Virus record (IMG/VR): IMGVR_UViG_3300028833_000010
Length of the DNA: 64,000 nt
Source: a virus
Direction: 5' to 3' (one strand)
Every line of letters begins with the position of its first letter. Positions within the stretch are counted from its first letter, which is position 1. Shown in pieces: positions 1-9,058 of the stretch. The notes beneath the pieces were generated by a model. The model saw only the letters and a program-made list of their open reading frames with translations. It ran no database searches and had not been told where the DNA came from. The position numbers were made by a program, and so were the translations under genes.

Positions 1-507
1 TTCGATAAAGTCAAAAAGGTCATTGTATTTGAACCTGAAGATGTGAACTATGAATTTCTATCTACGAACATAGAAGACAATGGAGCAAAGAATGTAATTG
101 CCCATAAACAAGCAGTAGTTGGTAATGACGATAAGGTGCGTGACTTCTATCTGGGTAAAGCTCCATATTATTATTCATTCTTGGTAAAGCATAATCGCAA
201 ACGTGTTCCTGTTGAGTGCGTGAATATCAACGATGTTATGAAGAAGTACAAGCCTACCAAGATGAAGGTTGATATTGAAGGCTCTGAATGGGAAGTTCTT
301 ATCAACTGTACGGACTTCGGGAATGTTGACCAGATAATTTTTGAGTACAACTTCGATATGAATATGGACTTAAAAGAGGATTTCAAGCGGTTCAAGCTTC
401 TTCGTAAACATCTCAAGAAACACGGCTTTGATGTTCAGGAGATGGAACGAGATATGAAGCAGAATTGGAATTTAGTATTCATGGTACAAAGAAATAAGTC
501 ATGCTGA
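1..507 (+). CDS. FkbM-family SAM-dependent methyltransferase, C-terminal part (5' end lies left of the window)
   Basis: Frame 1 is open from nt 1 (FDKVKKVIVFEPEDVNYEFL...), so the listed Met at 43 is internal. 'VFEPxxxNYxxL' and 'KMKVDIEGSEWEVL' match the FkbM-type hallmark (K-x-D-x-E-G-x-E-x-x-VL) as I recall the family. Confidence 0.6.
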   Translation, partial: FDKVKKVIVFEPEDVNYEFLSTNIEDNGAKNVIAHKQAVVGNDDKVRDFYLGKAPYYYSFLVKHNRKRVPVECVNINDVMKKYKPTKMKVDIEGSEWEVLINCTDFGNVDQIIFEYNFDMNMDLKEDFKRFKLLRKHLKKHGFDVQEMERDMKQNWNLVFMVQRNKSC

Positions 508-860
508 TTTCAAAGAAAATAAAAGAACTCAAGGAGCCATTGGAGGTAGATTTACAGCTAATGGCTTCTGAGCTTGATACTTCGGTTAAGAACATGAAGT
601 ATTTATCAAAAGACATGATGACTGATGCAGTGTCAGTAGATGCATTTGATATGCTGGTTGAGGACATTGAAAGAGGAGAAGGAATTGAGGTAACAGCATT
701 TGACGACAATACTGTCTTGTATGAGTATTTGGACGAAGCTGTTGTTGTCCATAACGTTCTTGGCATTCGTTATATCATATTTGATAGCATGGTAACGCAA
801 AAGTTGGAAAACAGGTTGGACAGTTACAGAGACAGTTCAAACATTAATGACCGAGATTGA
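501..860 (+). CDS. hypothetical acidic protein
   Basis: ATGCTGA overlap with the upstream stop. 119 aa, D/E-rich, no motif recognised. Confidence 0.45.
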   Translation: MLISKKIKELKEPLEVDLQLMASELDTSVKNMKYLSKDMMTDAVSVDAFDMLVEDIERGEGIEVTAFDDNTVLYEYLDEAVVVHNVLGIRYIIFDSMVTQKLENRLDSYRDSSNINDRD

Positions 861-899
861 AGAGTTGCGACTCAGTTTCGTAATAATAAGTAAAATGAT

Positions 900-939
900 A
901 AAAGTAGGGCATTGAAAAATGTTCTACTTTTTATTTATT
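900..939 (+). terminator. intrinsic terminator (14-bp stem, GAAA tetraloop, T-rich tail)
   Basis: nt 900-913 pair with 918-931 (two G-U pairs), loop GAAA at 914-917, followed by TTATTTATT. Confidence 0.65.
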
Positions 940-949
940 ACACATTTTT

Positions 950-960
950 ACAGTTATAGG
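950..960 (+). promoter_or_regulatory. ACAGTTATAGG box, copy 1 (candidate late promoter or RNA element)
   Basis: Exact 11-mer shared with 16551-16561 and 25545-25555. Lies 33 nt upstream of the portal ATG. Confidence 0.4.
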
Positions 961-993
961 ATATTCAAATGTAAAAAATGATTTCAATATAGT

Positions 994-2694
994 ATGGGTA
1001 ATTCATATGCTAAACAGTTAGATGCCATTGCTCTTGCAGAAGCGAAGTTGAAGGCAAAAAGGTTTAGGACACTTGAGAAAGCTCTAAGGTCAGATTCACC
1101 AGATGATATGATAAAAGCTACTCAGGTGTTTCAACAAATTCAGCCTAAAATTGAGCAAAATAATGCTAAGGCATTTTTCATTGACCCATTGGAGTTCAAT
1201 TCCAATTTAGGGTACAAAGATAAGCCGTTTTCATTGACGTACACAACGTTGAAGAGAATGTCGAAGACACCTATCATAAATTCAATTATCAAGACAAGAA
1301 AAAATCAAGTAGCAGACTTTGCAGAGCCGCAAGAAAATAAGTATTCAACTGGCTTTGTTATCCGAAAGAAACCAAAGGGTGGAATTGAACAGAAGATGGA
1401 TAACAAAGACAAACGAATTGCTTTTGCTATTACAGAATTCATTTTGAAGGGCGGTAATGTTAATCAATGGGAGCATGACGACTTCGATACTTTTATCAGA
1501 AAGATTGTTGAAGACTCTTTGGTGTACGACCAAATGACATTTGAGTGTATTCGCAATCGAAGAGGACAATTGGAGAGTTTTATTGCTACTGATGCTGCAA
1601 CTTTTCGTATTGCTGATTCATACTTTGATAAGGATTATGATAATGTTTTCTTCCAAAGAAACAGATTAGATATTTGGAAGGATAGGAATGATTATGGACC
1701 AAAGGTTCATGGTTACTATCCTGCTTACGTTCAAGTTTACCAGAACGTAAAGGTCAATGAATTCTATCCTTGGGAGCTTTGTTTTGGAGTTCGCAATCCT
1801 TCCACTTCTATATACGCAAATGGATATGGATGTTCTGAGCTTGAAGAACTTATCAACGTTGTAACATCAATGCTTTGGGGTGATGAATACAATAGACGTT
1901 TCTTCAGTCAGGGTTCAGCTCCAAAAGGTTTATTGCGCATAAAAGGAACGAATAATGAAGCTGCGTTACAGCAATTCAAACAACAGTGGCAATCTATGAT
2001 TACTGGAGTAATGCAATCTTGGAAAACTCCTGTTGTAGAAGCTGACGTGGATTGGATAGACCTTCAAAAGAACAACCGTGATATGGAATATAGTTCTTGG
2101 ATGGAATATCTTATTAAACTATCATGTGCCATTTATTCAATTGACCCTTCCGAGATAGGATGGGACATCAGTCGTTCTTCAGGTAACGGAGGATTGTTTG
2201 AAGGAAATCAGGAACAACGTCTGAAACATTCTAAAGACAAGGGGTTGTATCCGCTTTTAAAATTCATCCAGAGAAAAATTAACAAATATATCATTGAGCA
2301 AATCAATCCTGATTTTGAACTTGTATTCGTAGGCTTGAATGGTTTGACTATCGAAGAGGAACTTGATATGGACATCAAGAAGGTAGGCAGCTTCATGACT
2401 GTAAACGAAGCACGTGAGAAATACGAGATGAAACCGCTTGAGTTTGGAGACGTGCCAACCAATGCTACTCTTCTTCAGAATAAGAATGCTGAGGCGATGG
2501 CTAAACAAGGTGGTGGTCAAGGAATGGAGATGAATGATGAGTATGACGCAGAAGGGGATGGTGAGGAGCAAAATCCTTTTGACCTGTATGCCGAAGAAAA
2601 TGACGAGGAAGACACTAATAAAGGTGGGCTGAAAGAAACGTTTATAAAAGCATTTGATAATTTTCTAAATAACGAAGAAAATGGAAATATCTAA
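994..2694 (+). CDS. portal protein
   Basis: 566 aa, first large gene of the morphogenesis block after a terminator/promoter gap. Portal-like size with an acidic C-terminal tail (DEYDAEGDGEEQNPFDLYAEENDEED). Portal-like core segment 'RRFFSQGSAPKGLLRIKG'. Confidence 0.7.
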   Translation: MGNSYAKQLDAIALAEAKLKAKRFRTLEKALRSDSPDDMIKATQVFQQIQPKIEQNNAKAFFIDPLEFNSNLGYKDKPFSLTYTTLKRMSKTPIINSIIKTRKNQVADFAEPQENKYSTGFVIRKKPKGGIEQKMDNKDKRIAFAITEFILKGGNVNQWEHDDFDTFIRKIVEDSLVYDQMTFECIRNRRGQLESFIATDAATFRIADSYFDKDYDNVFFQRNRLDIWKDRNDYGPKVHGYYPAYVQVYQNVKVNEFYPWELCFGVRNPSTSIYANGYGCSELEELINVVTSMLWGDEYNRRFFSQGSAPKGLLRIKGTNNEAALQQFKQQWQSMITGVMQSWKTPVVEADVDWIDLQKNNRDMEYSSWMEYLIKLSCAIYSIDPSEIGWDISRSSGNGGLFEGNQEQRLKHSKDKGLYPLLKFIQRKINKYIIEQINPDFELVFVGLNGLTIEEELDMDIKKVGSFMTVNEAREKYEMKPLEFGDVPTNATLLQNKNAEAMAKQGGGQGMEMNDEYDAEGDGEEQNPFDLYAEENDEEDTNKGGLKETFIKAFDNFLNNEENGNI

Positions 2695-2935
2695 GAAAGA
2701 TGCGCCAATAGTGCGCACATTTAGCGAGTATTTGCCTGAACCTTTCATTGACGAAGTTTCGGCAAATGAAAAGTATTATGGTTGGGCACCTATGGGAACT
2801 GCTGAAACCGATAATGGTTGGCGTATCATGAAAGAGACGAAGAGTGGAACTGTTACCAAGAGAGAGTATGCTCAAGGAACAATGGACTTCATCTCAGCTT
2901 GGAGTGAACGCACTACTTATAACTATTCAAGATAA
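2681..2935 (+). CDS. hypothetical small protein
   Basis: 84 aa, 14-nt overlap with the portal stop. No motif recognised. Confidence 0.5.
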   Translation: MEISKKDAPIVRTFSEYLPEPFIDEVSANEKYYGWAPMGTAETDNGWRIMKETKSGTVTKREYAQGTMDFISAWSERTTYNYSR

Positions 2936-2941
2936 TATAAT

Positions 2942-4825
2942 ATGGCAGGTAACACTAAAAATTTAGGACAGGTTGCTGGCGTATATATTGGCAACACTCC
3001 GCCTGAAAACATAATTCTGATTTGGTATGATAATACTCCAAGTCAGATGCGACATAAGGTATACGACCCAGGATTGAGTCAGTGGGTAGTTCTTGACCAG
3101 AACGTCATCTCATTGATTACATATTCCGAATTGGTAAATATGGCAAATAATGTCGGTCTGTCTATCGGTCAGTATTTCCAAATCAGGGATAAGGCGAATG
3201 CTTTGGCTCTTGCTATTACAACAACCAAAGTGCAGTATGATGATGAGTTAGGCAATATTCTGATTGATGATTTAGGTACCAATATTCAATATCACGTAAC
3301 ATCTTCTAACCTTTTAATTGATGATATTGCTGGTGTATTCGATACTGTAAACAAGAAGCTAGTATTTCAATTCAATGAAATGGTTCCAGACTTTACCGCT
3401 GATGATTATATCATGGGTAAGGTTCAACGTAATAACATTTGGATGTTTGCTAAGTATCGGTTGTCTTCTTTCTTATCGAATGTGACTGGCAACTCAATCA
3501 GTTGGAATGGAGGCTTCTTCTTTGACTTTATTTCAGCTTTGAAGGCTCAGCTGGATAAGAAGGGAGGAGTTGTTGCTAAAGACACCTACGATACTGATAT
3601 GCAAAAAATCAATCAAGACATAGTAAACGTAGGCAAAGAAAATCAACAGATTATAGATAATGCTAACAAGGCAATAACCGAAGAAACATCTGATGCAGCT
3701 ATCTATGCCAAAAAGTCTCCTGCTCTTGAAACAGGAGGAGAGCCGACAGATGCGGCGAAAGGAGACAGTTTATTAGCAATCTTATCGAATTTCCAGAGAT
3801 ACATTACACGTTTCAAGTACGCAACTGGCATTCGAGTATCAACAAACTTTACCGATGCTGTAACACCAGCATACATTAATAACAACGATACTGTTGACTC
3901 TGCGCTCAGAAAGATACAGTATTGGTTAAAGAATGCTGGTATAGGCAGTAAACTATCGTCAGGTTGGGAGCCGAAAGATTATTCAGAAACAATAGCAGAA
4001 GTAGCAGGTGGAGATAGTCTTGACGAAGCATTTGCAAAAGCTATCGGAAAATTGAATCAGATTGGTGATATAACTGATGGTATAATTCAATCAAAAGCCA
4101 CTAATGGTTCTGATTACACAAGAAGGACTACACTTGATTTAGCAAACGGCTCTTTGAGTTTTAATAAGGATGCAGCAAGTCCAGGCACTCAAGTGGATGT
4201 TACTTTGAGTAAGGGAAGTGGCTTGGTTATACAAGATATAAATCACAATGGCGTGTCCGCTTCTGGAACTGGGGTGAACGTCAATGCTCCTACTTTACAA
4301 GGTTTTCAATTGCCTTCTTATGAACGTTTGGGTTTAAGCGATGCACATGGAGCAGCTTCACTTTTGGTGAATGCTCAAGCAACAAGCCTTCCATATCCTG
4401 CTTATACTGGCATGATAGCAGCTTTATCGGCTATTTGTACAGGTAGTTCTTCGATAACAGATGTAGACATATTTGATGCATACTTTGCAAAATTGAAAGG
4501 AGGTAGTATTTCATTTGGAAGAATGGATATGTCTACTGCAGATGTATGGCTTACTAATGATTGTTCATTAGTTACTTGCACAAATAGCGAGAACAGAAAT
4601 TTATTTTTGCCTCCAAAACCTTTAAATGGTCAAATGATTATCGTTAATCAGATAAACTCAGCGAACGTGGCAGTTCAAGGTAATGGACGAAGGATTGTTG
4701 ACGCTGAATACGTTGATTATGTAAATATAGGTGGAGCAAGACGAGCAGCAATATTTTTGTATCACCCTGATATCACAACTTCTACAATTGGCGGAGCTTG
4801 GTTATTTTTCAGATGGTCAATATAA
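2942..4825 (+). CDS. large fibre-like virion protein (possible head/neck fibre), function unknown
   Basis: 627 aa, Gly/Asn/Thr/Ser-rich, beta-rich composition like fibre proteins. Unusual position between portal and MuF. Confidence 0.3.
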   Translation: MAGNTKNLGQVAGVYIGNTPPENIILIWYDNTPSQMRHKVYDPGLSQWVVLDQNVISLITYSELVNMANNVGLSIGQYFQIRDKANALALAITTTKVQYDDELGNILIDDLGTNIQYHVTSSNLLIDDIAGVFDTVNKKLVFQFNEMVPDFTADDYIMGKVQRNNIWMFAKYRLSSFLSNVTGNSISWNGGFFFDFISALKAQLDKKGGVVAKDTYDTDMQKINQDIVNVGKENQQIIDNANKAITEETSDAAIYAKKSPALETGGEPTDAAKGDSLLAILSNFQRYITRFKYATGIRVSTNFTDAVTPAYINNNDTVDSALRKIQYWLKNAGIGSKLSSGWEPKDYSETIAEVAGGDSLDEAFAKAIGKLNQIGDITDGIIQSKATNGSDYTRRTTLDLANGSLSFNKDAASPGTQVDVTLSKGSGLVIQDINHNGVSASGTGVNVNAPTLQGFQLPSYERLGLSDAHGAASLLVNAQATSLPYPAYTGMIAALSAICTGSSSITDVDIFDAYFAKLKGGSISFGRMDMSTADVWLTNDCSLVTCTNSENRNLFLPPKPLNGQMIIVNQINSANVAVQGNGRRIVDAEYVDYVNIGGARRAAIFLYHPDITTSTIGGAWLFFRWSI

Positions 4826-4836
4826 ATTGTAAGATT

Positions 4837-5424
4837 ATGTATAAAGCAAAAATCATAAGTCGTTATTCAGTTCATGTAATTGATTACGACAAAGAAATAG
4901 TGGGGGTTAATACAATTTACAAAGTTGAACTTCAAAAATACGGAGTAACTGATGATGTAATCAATCCAATACTCAAAAAGAATGATAAAAATAGAAATGT
5001 TGAAGAACTTCTTTTGATTGTCAAAAGAAAGGAAGTTGAAGACAACAAGAAAGCAAAACTTGCTGAAATTGAGACTTTCAAAGATTTTGTTACTTCAGCC
5101 TTTAACAGAGAACTTGGTGAGTATGATTCGCCAAAGCCTTATTATGTTGAAGAGGGTGATGCCGTTGTTCAAAAGTGGGAGGTTATTTCAAATGACCCTG
5201 TTAAGATAGCTTCAAAAATTTCTTCTTTGAAATCAGAACTGAATGGTTCAGATTATAAAGTTATGAAGTGTTATGAAGCAATTATTGCTAAGTCAGAAGA
5301 AATGCCGTATAATGTAGACAAACTTATTGAAAGTCGTCAAGCGAAGAGAGATGAGATAAACCGCTTGGAAGCTCTTTTGAAAATAACCGAGCCTATTGAC
5401 CTTCAGTCAAGGGTTACAATTTAA
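4837..5424 (+). CDS. hypothetical coiled-coil protein
   Basis: ATG at 4837 follows the upstream stop (4823-4825) and an AAATTGTAAG box. The listed 4798 start is a TTG inside the previous gene. K/E-rich heptad-like sequence. Confidence 0.5.
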   Translation: MYKAKIISRYSVHVIDYDKEIVGVNTIYKVELQKYGVTDDVINPILKKNDKNRNVEELLLIVKRKEVEDNKKAKLAEIETFKDFVTSAFNRELGEYDSPKPYYVEEGDAVVQKWEVISNDPVKIASKISSLKSELNGSDYKVMKCYEAIIAKSEEMPYNVDKLIESRQAKRDEINRLEALLKITEPIDLQSRVTI

Positions 5425-5429
5425 ATGTC

Positions 5430-5981
5430 ATGTGTAAGATAGTTTATTTGACGTCCAAGCGTTTCGATAAACCTGCTAACGAGTTCAAGAAGGCACTCGC
5501 AAATGAGCTACGGAAACGAAATGTTGAAGTTGTGGTAGATAATTCATATGATGTATTTAATTTCTTCCGCAAGCATAAAACGTATGGCATAGCACTTGCT
5601 TTTGATTTCTATCGAGATGGACAGCAAGGAGCTGGGTTGACGCTGAATAAAAATTGTTCTTACATTGGCAGAGACTTTGCCTACAATTTATCAAACGCTT
5701 ATGACGTTTTAACTCCGATAACGAAATGGCGAGATTTTCAGTTTGTTGATTCTCACGACCAAGAATGGTTCAAATTTTTCAACAAAGTGAGTTCTTCTAC
5801 GAAAGCGATATTTTATTTATGTACATACACCAATGATTCTGACCGTGAAGAGTTCTATGTTGCATATGATAAAATCATTCAGATTTTCGCAGATGAAATT
5901 GTAAGATGCCTTCGTTCTGATTATAATACAGAAGATTACAGAAAGAGGGTGAAACTTGCTAAATTAAAACTAACAAAGTAA
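5430..5981 (+). CDS. hypothetical protein with an Amidase_3-like pattern but no recognisable zinc ligands
   Basis: By-eye parallels with CwlD/AmiC-type amidases (ANELRKRNVEVVV; GIALAFDF..G; AIFYLCTYTNDSD; IQIFADEIVRCL). The GHGG, SIH and E ligand positions are substituted. Confidence 0.25.
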   Translation: MCKIVYLTSKRFDKPANEFKKALANELRKRNVEVVVDNSYDVFNFFRKHKTYGIALAFDFYRDGQQGAGLTLNKNCSYIGRDFAYNLSNAYDVLTPITKWRDFQFVDSHDQEWFKFFNKVSSSTKAIFYLCTYTNDSDREEFYVAYDKIIQIFADEIVRCLRSDYNTEDYRKRVKLAKLKLTK

Positions 5982-5993
5982 ATAAGTAAGGAC

Positions 5994-6482
5994 ATGGAAT
6001 GGTTATCTGAAAATCTATTTGGGCTTATGTCTTTGTTATTTGGGGCAGGTGGTATTGGTTACGCTGTTGTTTCCAAGATACTGGACAGAAAGAGGTATGA
6101 ACAGGAGGTTAGGAATGCAACGGCAGAAGCTGATATAAAAGGTGATGACTTTTGGAAGAAGCGTTATGATGTTCTTCAGAAAGAGGTTGAAAACAAAGAT
6201 GGCTGGTGGAAGGAGAGATATGATGCATTGTATAACGAGTATCAAAATGAGAGAAAGTTAAGCAATGAAATTGTTAAGTCTTTTCGCACAGAGTTAAATG
6301 AGATGAGAAGTGACTACGATAAACAACGAGAGCTTGAAAAGATGAAATATGACAAGCTCATGGAACAGTATCGTAGTTTTGAGGAAGAAAGTCAGAAGCG
6401 TGAGCATGAGTATAAACAACGTATTTCGCAACTTGAAAATTTGGTTGCTTCTTACGAACAAAGATTAAAGACAAATGAATAA
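5994..6482 (+). CDS. membrane-anchored coiled-coil protein (i-spanin-like architecture)
   Basis: N-terminal TM segment 'LFGLMSLLFGAGGIGYAVV' followed by about 120 aa of charged heptad-rich sequence. Confidence 0.4.
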   Translation: MEWLSENLFGLMSLLFGAGGIGYAVVSKILDRKRYEQEVRNATAEADIKGDDFWKKRYDVLQKEVENKDGWWKERYDALYNEYQNERKLSNEIVKSFRTELNEMRSDYDKQRELEKMKYDKLMEQYRSFEEESQKREHEYKQRISQLENLVASYEQRLKTNE

Positions 6483-7047
6483 AAGTATAACCATATCTAT
6501 CGGAGTACTTATTGCAATATGCATAGCATTATTGATAGGTTACTTTTGGGGCAGGTCAAGTGTAGAACTGCCGCAGCCGAAAAGGATTGTTGAGGTTAAG
6601 TGGGTAAAAGGTGACGTTGTAAGAGACACTGTTGACAACCCAGTTCCTTATGAAGTCGAAGTTACTGTTGACCGCCCAGTCTTTATTCCTACAGATACGG
6701 CAGCACTGTTTGCTATATGGCAAGATTATTATTTGGACAGAAAGTATGCTTTGGACTTTTCTAATGATAGTTTGGGCACGTTTAAGGTTGATGCTTTGGT
6801 GAGTCAAAATAAGCTCATTTCTGCCACTTCTTTTATTCAGCCGAATATCCGAACGATTACAGAAAGAGAGGTCATATACAAAGTTCCTACGTTACAACCG
6901 TGGGCAATGTTAGGCACGTCAGTAGACTTCCGAACAAATAAGTTACAATTTGGACTTGATGCTAAAAATAAATACATAATTGGAGTTTCGGGAATAAGAC
7001 ATGATGACCGATATGGATACACTATTGATTTTGGAATAAAATTCTAA
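6475..7047 (+). CDS. membrane protein with one N-terminal TM helix
   Basis: 'ITISIGVLIAICIALLIGYFWG' TM segment. ATGAATAA overlap with the upstream stop. Confidence 0.5.
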   Translation: MNKSITISIGVLIAICIALLIGYFWGRSSVELPQPKRIVEVKWVKGDVVRDTVDNPVPYEVEVTVDRPVFIPTDTAALFAIWQDYYLDRKYALDFSNDSLGTFKVDALVSQNKLISATSFIQPNIRTITEREVIYKVPTLQPWAMLGTSVDFRTNKLQFGLDAKNKYIIGVSGIRHDDRYGYTIDFGIKF

Positions 7048-7051
7048 CGAT

Positions 7052-7246
7052 ATGGCAAAGAAGGAGACAAAACATAGTCATTTCATTCCTTCTCCATTCC
7101 CAGTAGTTACTGAGTATGAAAATGCTTTTGTAAAGTCTTGGAATGAAAATACAGCAAATGCAGTTGTAGAAGTCTTGAAATATATGGCTCAAGCAACTGC
7201 TTCTGCTATTAAAGAAACTAAGGATGAAAGAAATGAAAAAGATTAA
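7052..7246 (+). CDS. hypothetical small protein
   Basis: 64 aa ORF in a tight operon context. Confidence 0.4.
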   Translation: MAKKETKHSHFIPSPFPVVTEYENAFVKSWNENTANAVVEVLKYMAQATASAIKETKDERNEKD

Positions 7247-7442
7247 ATGGTTTGGTAAATGTTTAATTATCATAGTCATTACTGTTCTTTATTTAATTAC
7301 ATTCTTTTGGGTAGGACATATGTTGTACTATCTATCAAAGGTGTTCAAAATTATTGGACATGCGTTCATGCTTGAGTTTGCTTCGGCAAAAGATGAGTTT
7401 AGAATGTTTTGGAAACATTATACAAATTTAAGAGACTTATGA
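7224..7442 (+). CDS. small membrane protein (holin-like size)
   Basis: 72 aa with the hydrophobic stretch 'CLIIIVITVLYLITFFWVGHMLYYL'. Confidence 0.4.
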   Translation: MKEMKKIKWFGKCLIIIVITVLYLITFFWVGHMLYYLSKVFKIIGHAFMLEFASAKDEFRMFWKHYTNLRDL

Positions 7443-8371
7443 TTTTCAATCAAGGACAAATACAAGATATGTTATCAATTCTTAAAAGGTATGAATTGAT
7501 ATTCATAGTAGGTCAGCTGGGGTTGGATTATCTTTCTCAATCGGATAAGGATATATTGATTGCTGCTGGAATCAATCTTGATAAGTATAAGAACAAGAAA
7601 GGAATAATTGAGCACGCATTTCTCTTCGGTATATTGGCTGAGGCTATTGGTGATGCGAGAGCAAAGAAAATGACTTATGCTCAATTTAAGAAGTTTCTTG
7701 CTTCTGGTAATTTCATACCACTTACTGAAGAAGAGGAGTTTGCTCTTCAAACTGTAAAGAATAGAGCATACACTGACATCACCAATTTAGGAAACCGAAT
7801 GAGGACTGGGTTGAGTAATGTAGTGTTGAGAAATAATCAACAGCAGGCTCTGGTAGTTCAGAATATGATTAAGCAAAAGACTATCAAAGCAGTTGAATTT
7901 CGTATGGGAGCGAGAGGACTTGCCGCAGACCTTGCAGAGACTTCTCAGGATTGGGAGGTTGATTGGTTGAGAATTGCTTACTATCTTACTCACGAAGCCT
8001 ATAATTCAGGACGTGCGCAAAGTATCTTGAAGGAATATGGAGCTGACTCTGAAGTTTACTTCGATGTTTACCCAGGTGCTTGCGTTCGTTGTCGTGAGCT
8101 TTACTTGACTGACCCTGAAGACCCAGATAGTGAGCCTATTGTTTTCAAGCTCAAAGATATTATTGCTAATGGTAACAATATTGGAAGAAAGGTTAAAGAT
8201 TGGAAGCCAACTATTTCACCAACTCACCCTTATTGTCGTTGTACGATAAATCATAAGAAAGCAGGTTTTGCTTGGGATGAAGAGCTGAGAGCATTCACTA
8301 AACCTATCAAGAAAACTTCTACTAATCCAAAGTTAAAGGGAGTGAAGTTGAATATAAAAGTGTCGAAATAA
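7439..8371 (+). CDS. MuF-like minor head (head morphogenesis) protein
   Basis: C-terminal 'WKPTISPTHPYCRCTINHK' matches the Mu gpF/SPP1 gp7 signature (PP-x-H-P-x-CRC). I prefer the start at 7439 (ATGA overlap) over the listed 7409. Confidence 0.7.
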   Translation: MIFNQGQIQDMLSILKRYELIFIVGQLGLDYLSQSDKDILIAAGINLDKYKNKKGIIEHAFLFGILAEAIGDARAKKMTYAQFKKFLASGNFIPLTEEEEFALQTVKNRAYTDITNLGNRMRTGLSNVVLRNNQQQALVVQNMIKQKTIKAVEFRMGARGLAADLAETSQDWEVDWLRIAYYLTHEAYNSGRAQSILKEYGADSEVYFDVYPGACVRCRELYLTDPEDPDSEPIVFKLKDIIANGNNIGRKVKDWKPTISPTHPYCRCTINHKKAGFAWDEELRAFTKPIKKTSTNPKLKGVKLNIKVSK

Positions 8372-8379
8372 GATTGTAA

Positions 8380-9057
8380 ATGAAAACTGAAAAATTGTTA
8401 CTTATTCAGCCGCATAGTGATGATATTCTCTTCTGTTGTTCTCATCTTCTGTTCCTTCCTCAATACGAGGTTCAAGTGTTGACTGTAGAGAATGACCCTA
8501 AGAGAATATCAGAGGATGAAAAATTGTTTGATTTTCTCAATATTCCGTTCCATCATCTTGGACTGGATTTTCATGATGAGAGTTATTACGAGTTTCATAA
8601 GAATTACAAAGAAGTAACAGTGGAAGCAACGTATAAACATCTGAATGAATACTTCGGTAGTGAAACGCTGAACGAGATTAAGGAAACGCTTGTAAATTGG
8701 GTTAAAAAGTTCTTGAAAAAGAACAAAGAGTATACAGTGGTAGCTCCTTGGGGAGTTGGTCACCCATTTCATCTTTTTGTTCGTGATGTTTTACAAGGAG
8801 AGTTGAGTTACATGGAGTATTATCGGGAATTTCCACACTCATACAAAAGACGTTCTCAACCTCAAGTAGAAAAACAAAAGCAAGAATATACTCTGAAACG
8901 CTCTGTACCAGTTGATGAGTTTCACGAAGTAAAGTGGAAACTTGCTTCCAAATTCTATCGTTCTCAATCAGGTTTGCAGTTCTACGAACAGGGTTATATT
9001 AAGAAACAGCTGCCCGAAGAGATATATGTGAGGGAAGTGGATAAATTACCATTTTGA
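8380..9057 (+). CDS. PIG-L/LmbE-family deacetylase-like protein
   Basis: N-terminal 'LLLIQPHSDDILFCCSHLL' resembles the (A/P)HPDDE motif. A later 'GVGHPFH' resembles the second His motif. Confidence 0.5.
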   Translation: MKTEKLLLIQPHSDDILFCCSHLLFLPQYEVQVLTVENDPKRISEDEKLFDFLNIPFHHLGLDFHDESYYEFHKNYKEVTVEATYKHLNEYFGSETLNEIKETLVNWVKKFLKKNKEYTVVAPWGVGHPFHLFVRDVLQGELSYMEYYREFPHSYKRRSQPQVEKQKQEYTLKRSVPVDEFHEVKWKLASKFYRSQSGLQFYEQGYIKKQLPEEIYVREVDKLPF

Positions 9058-9058
9058 T

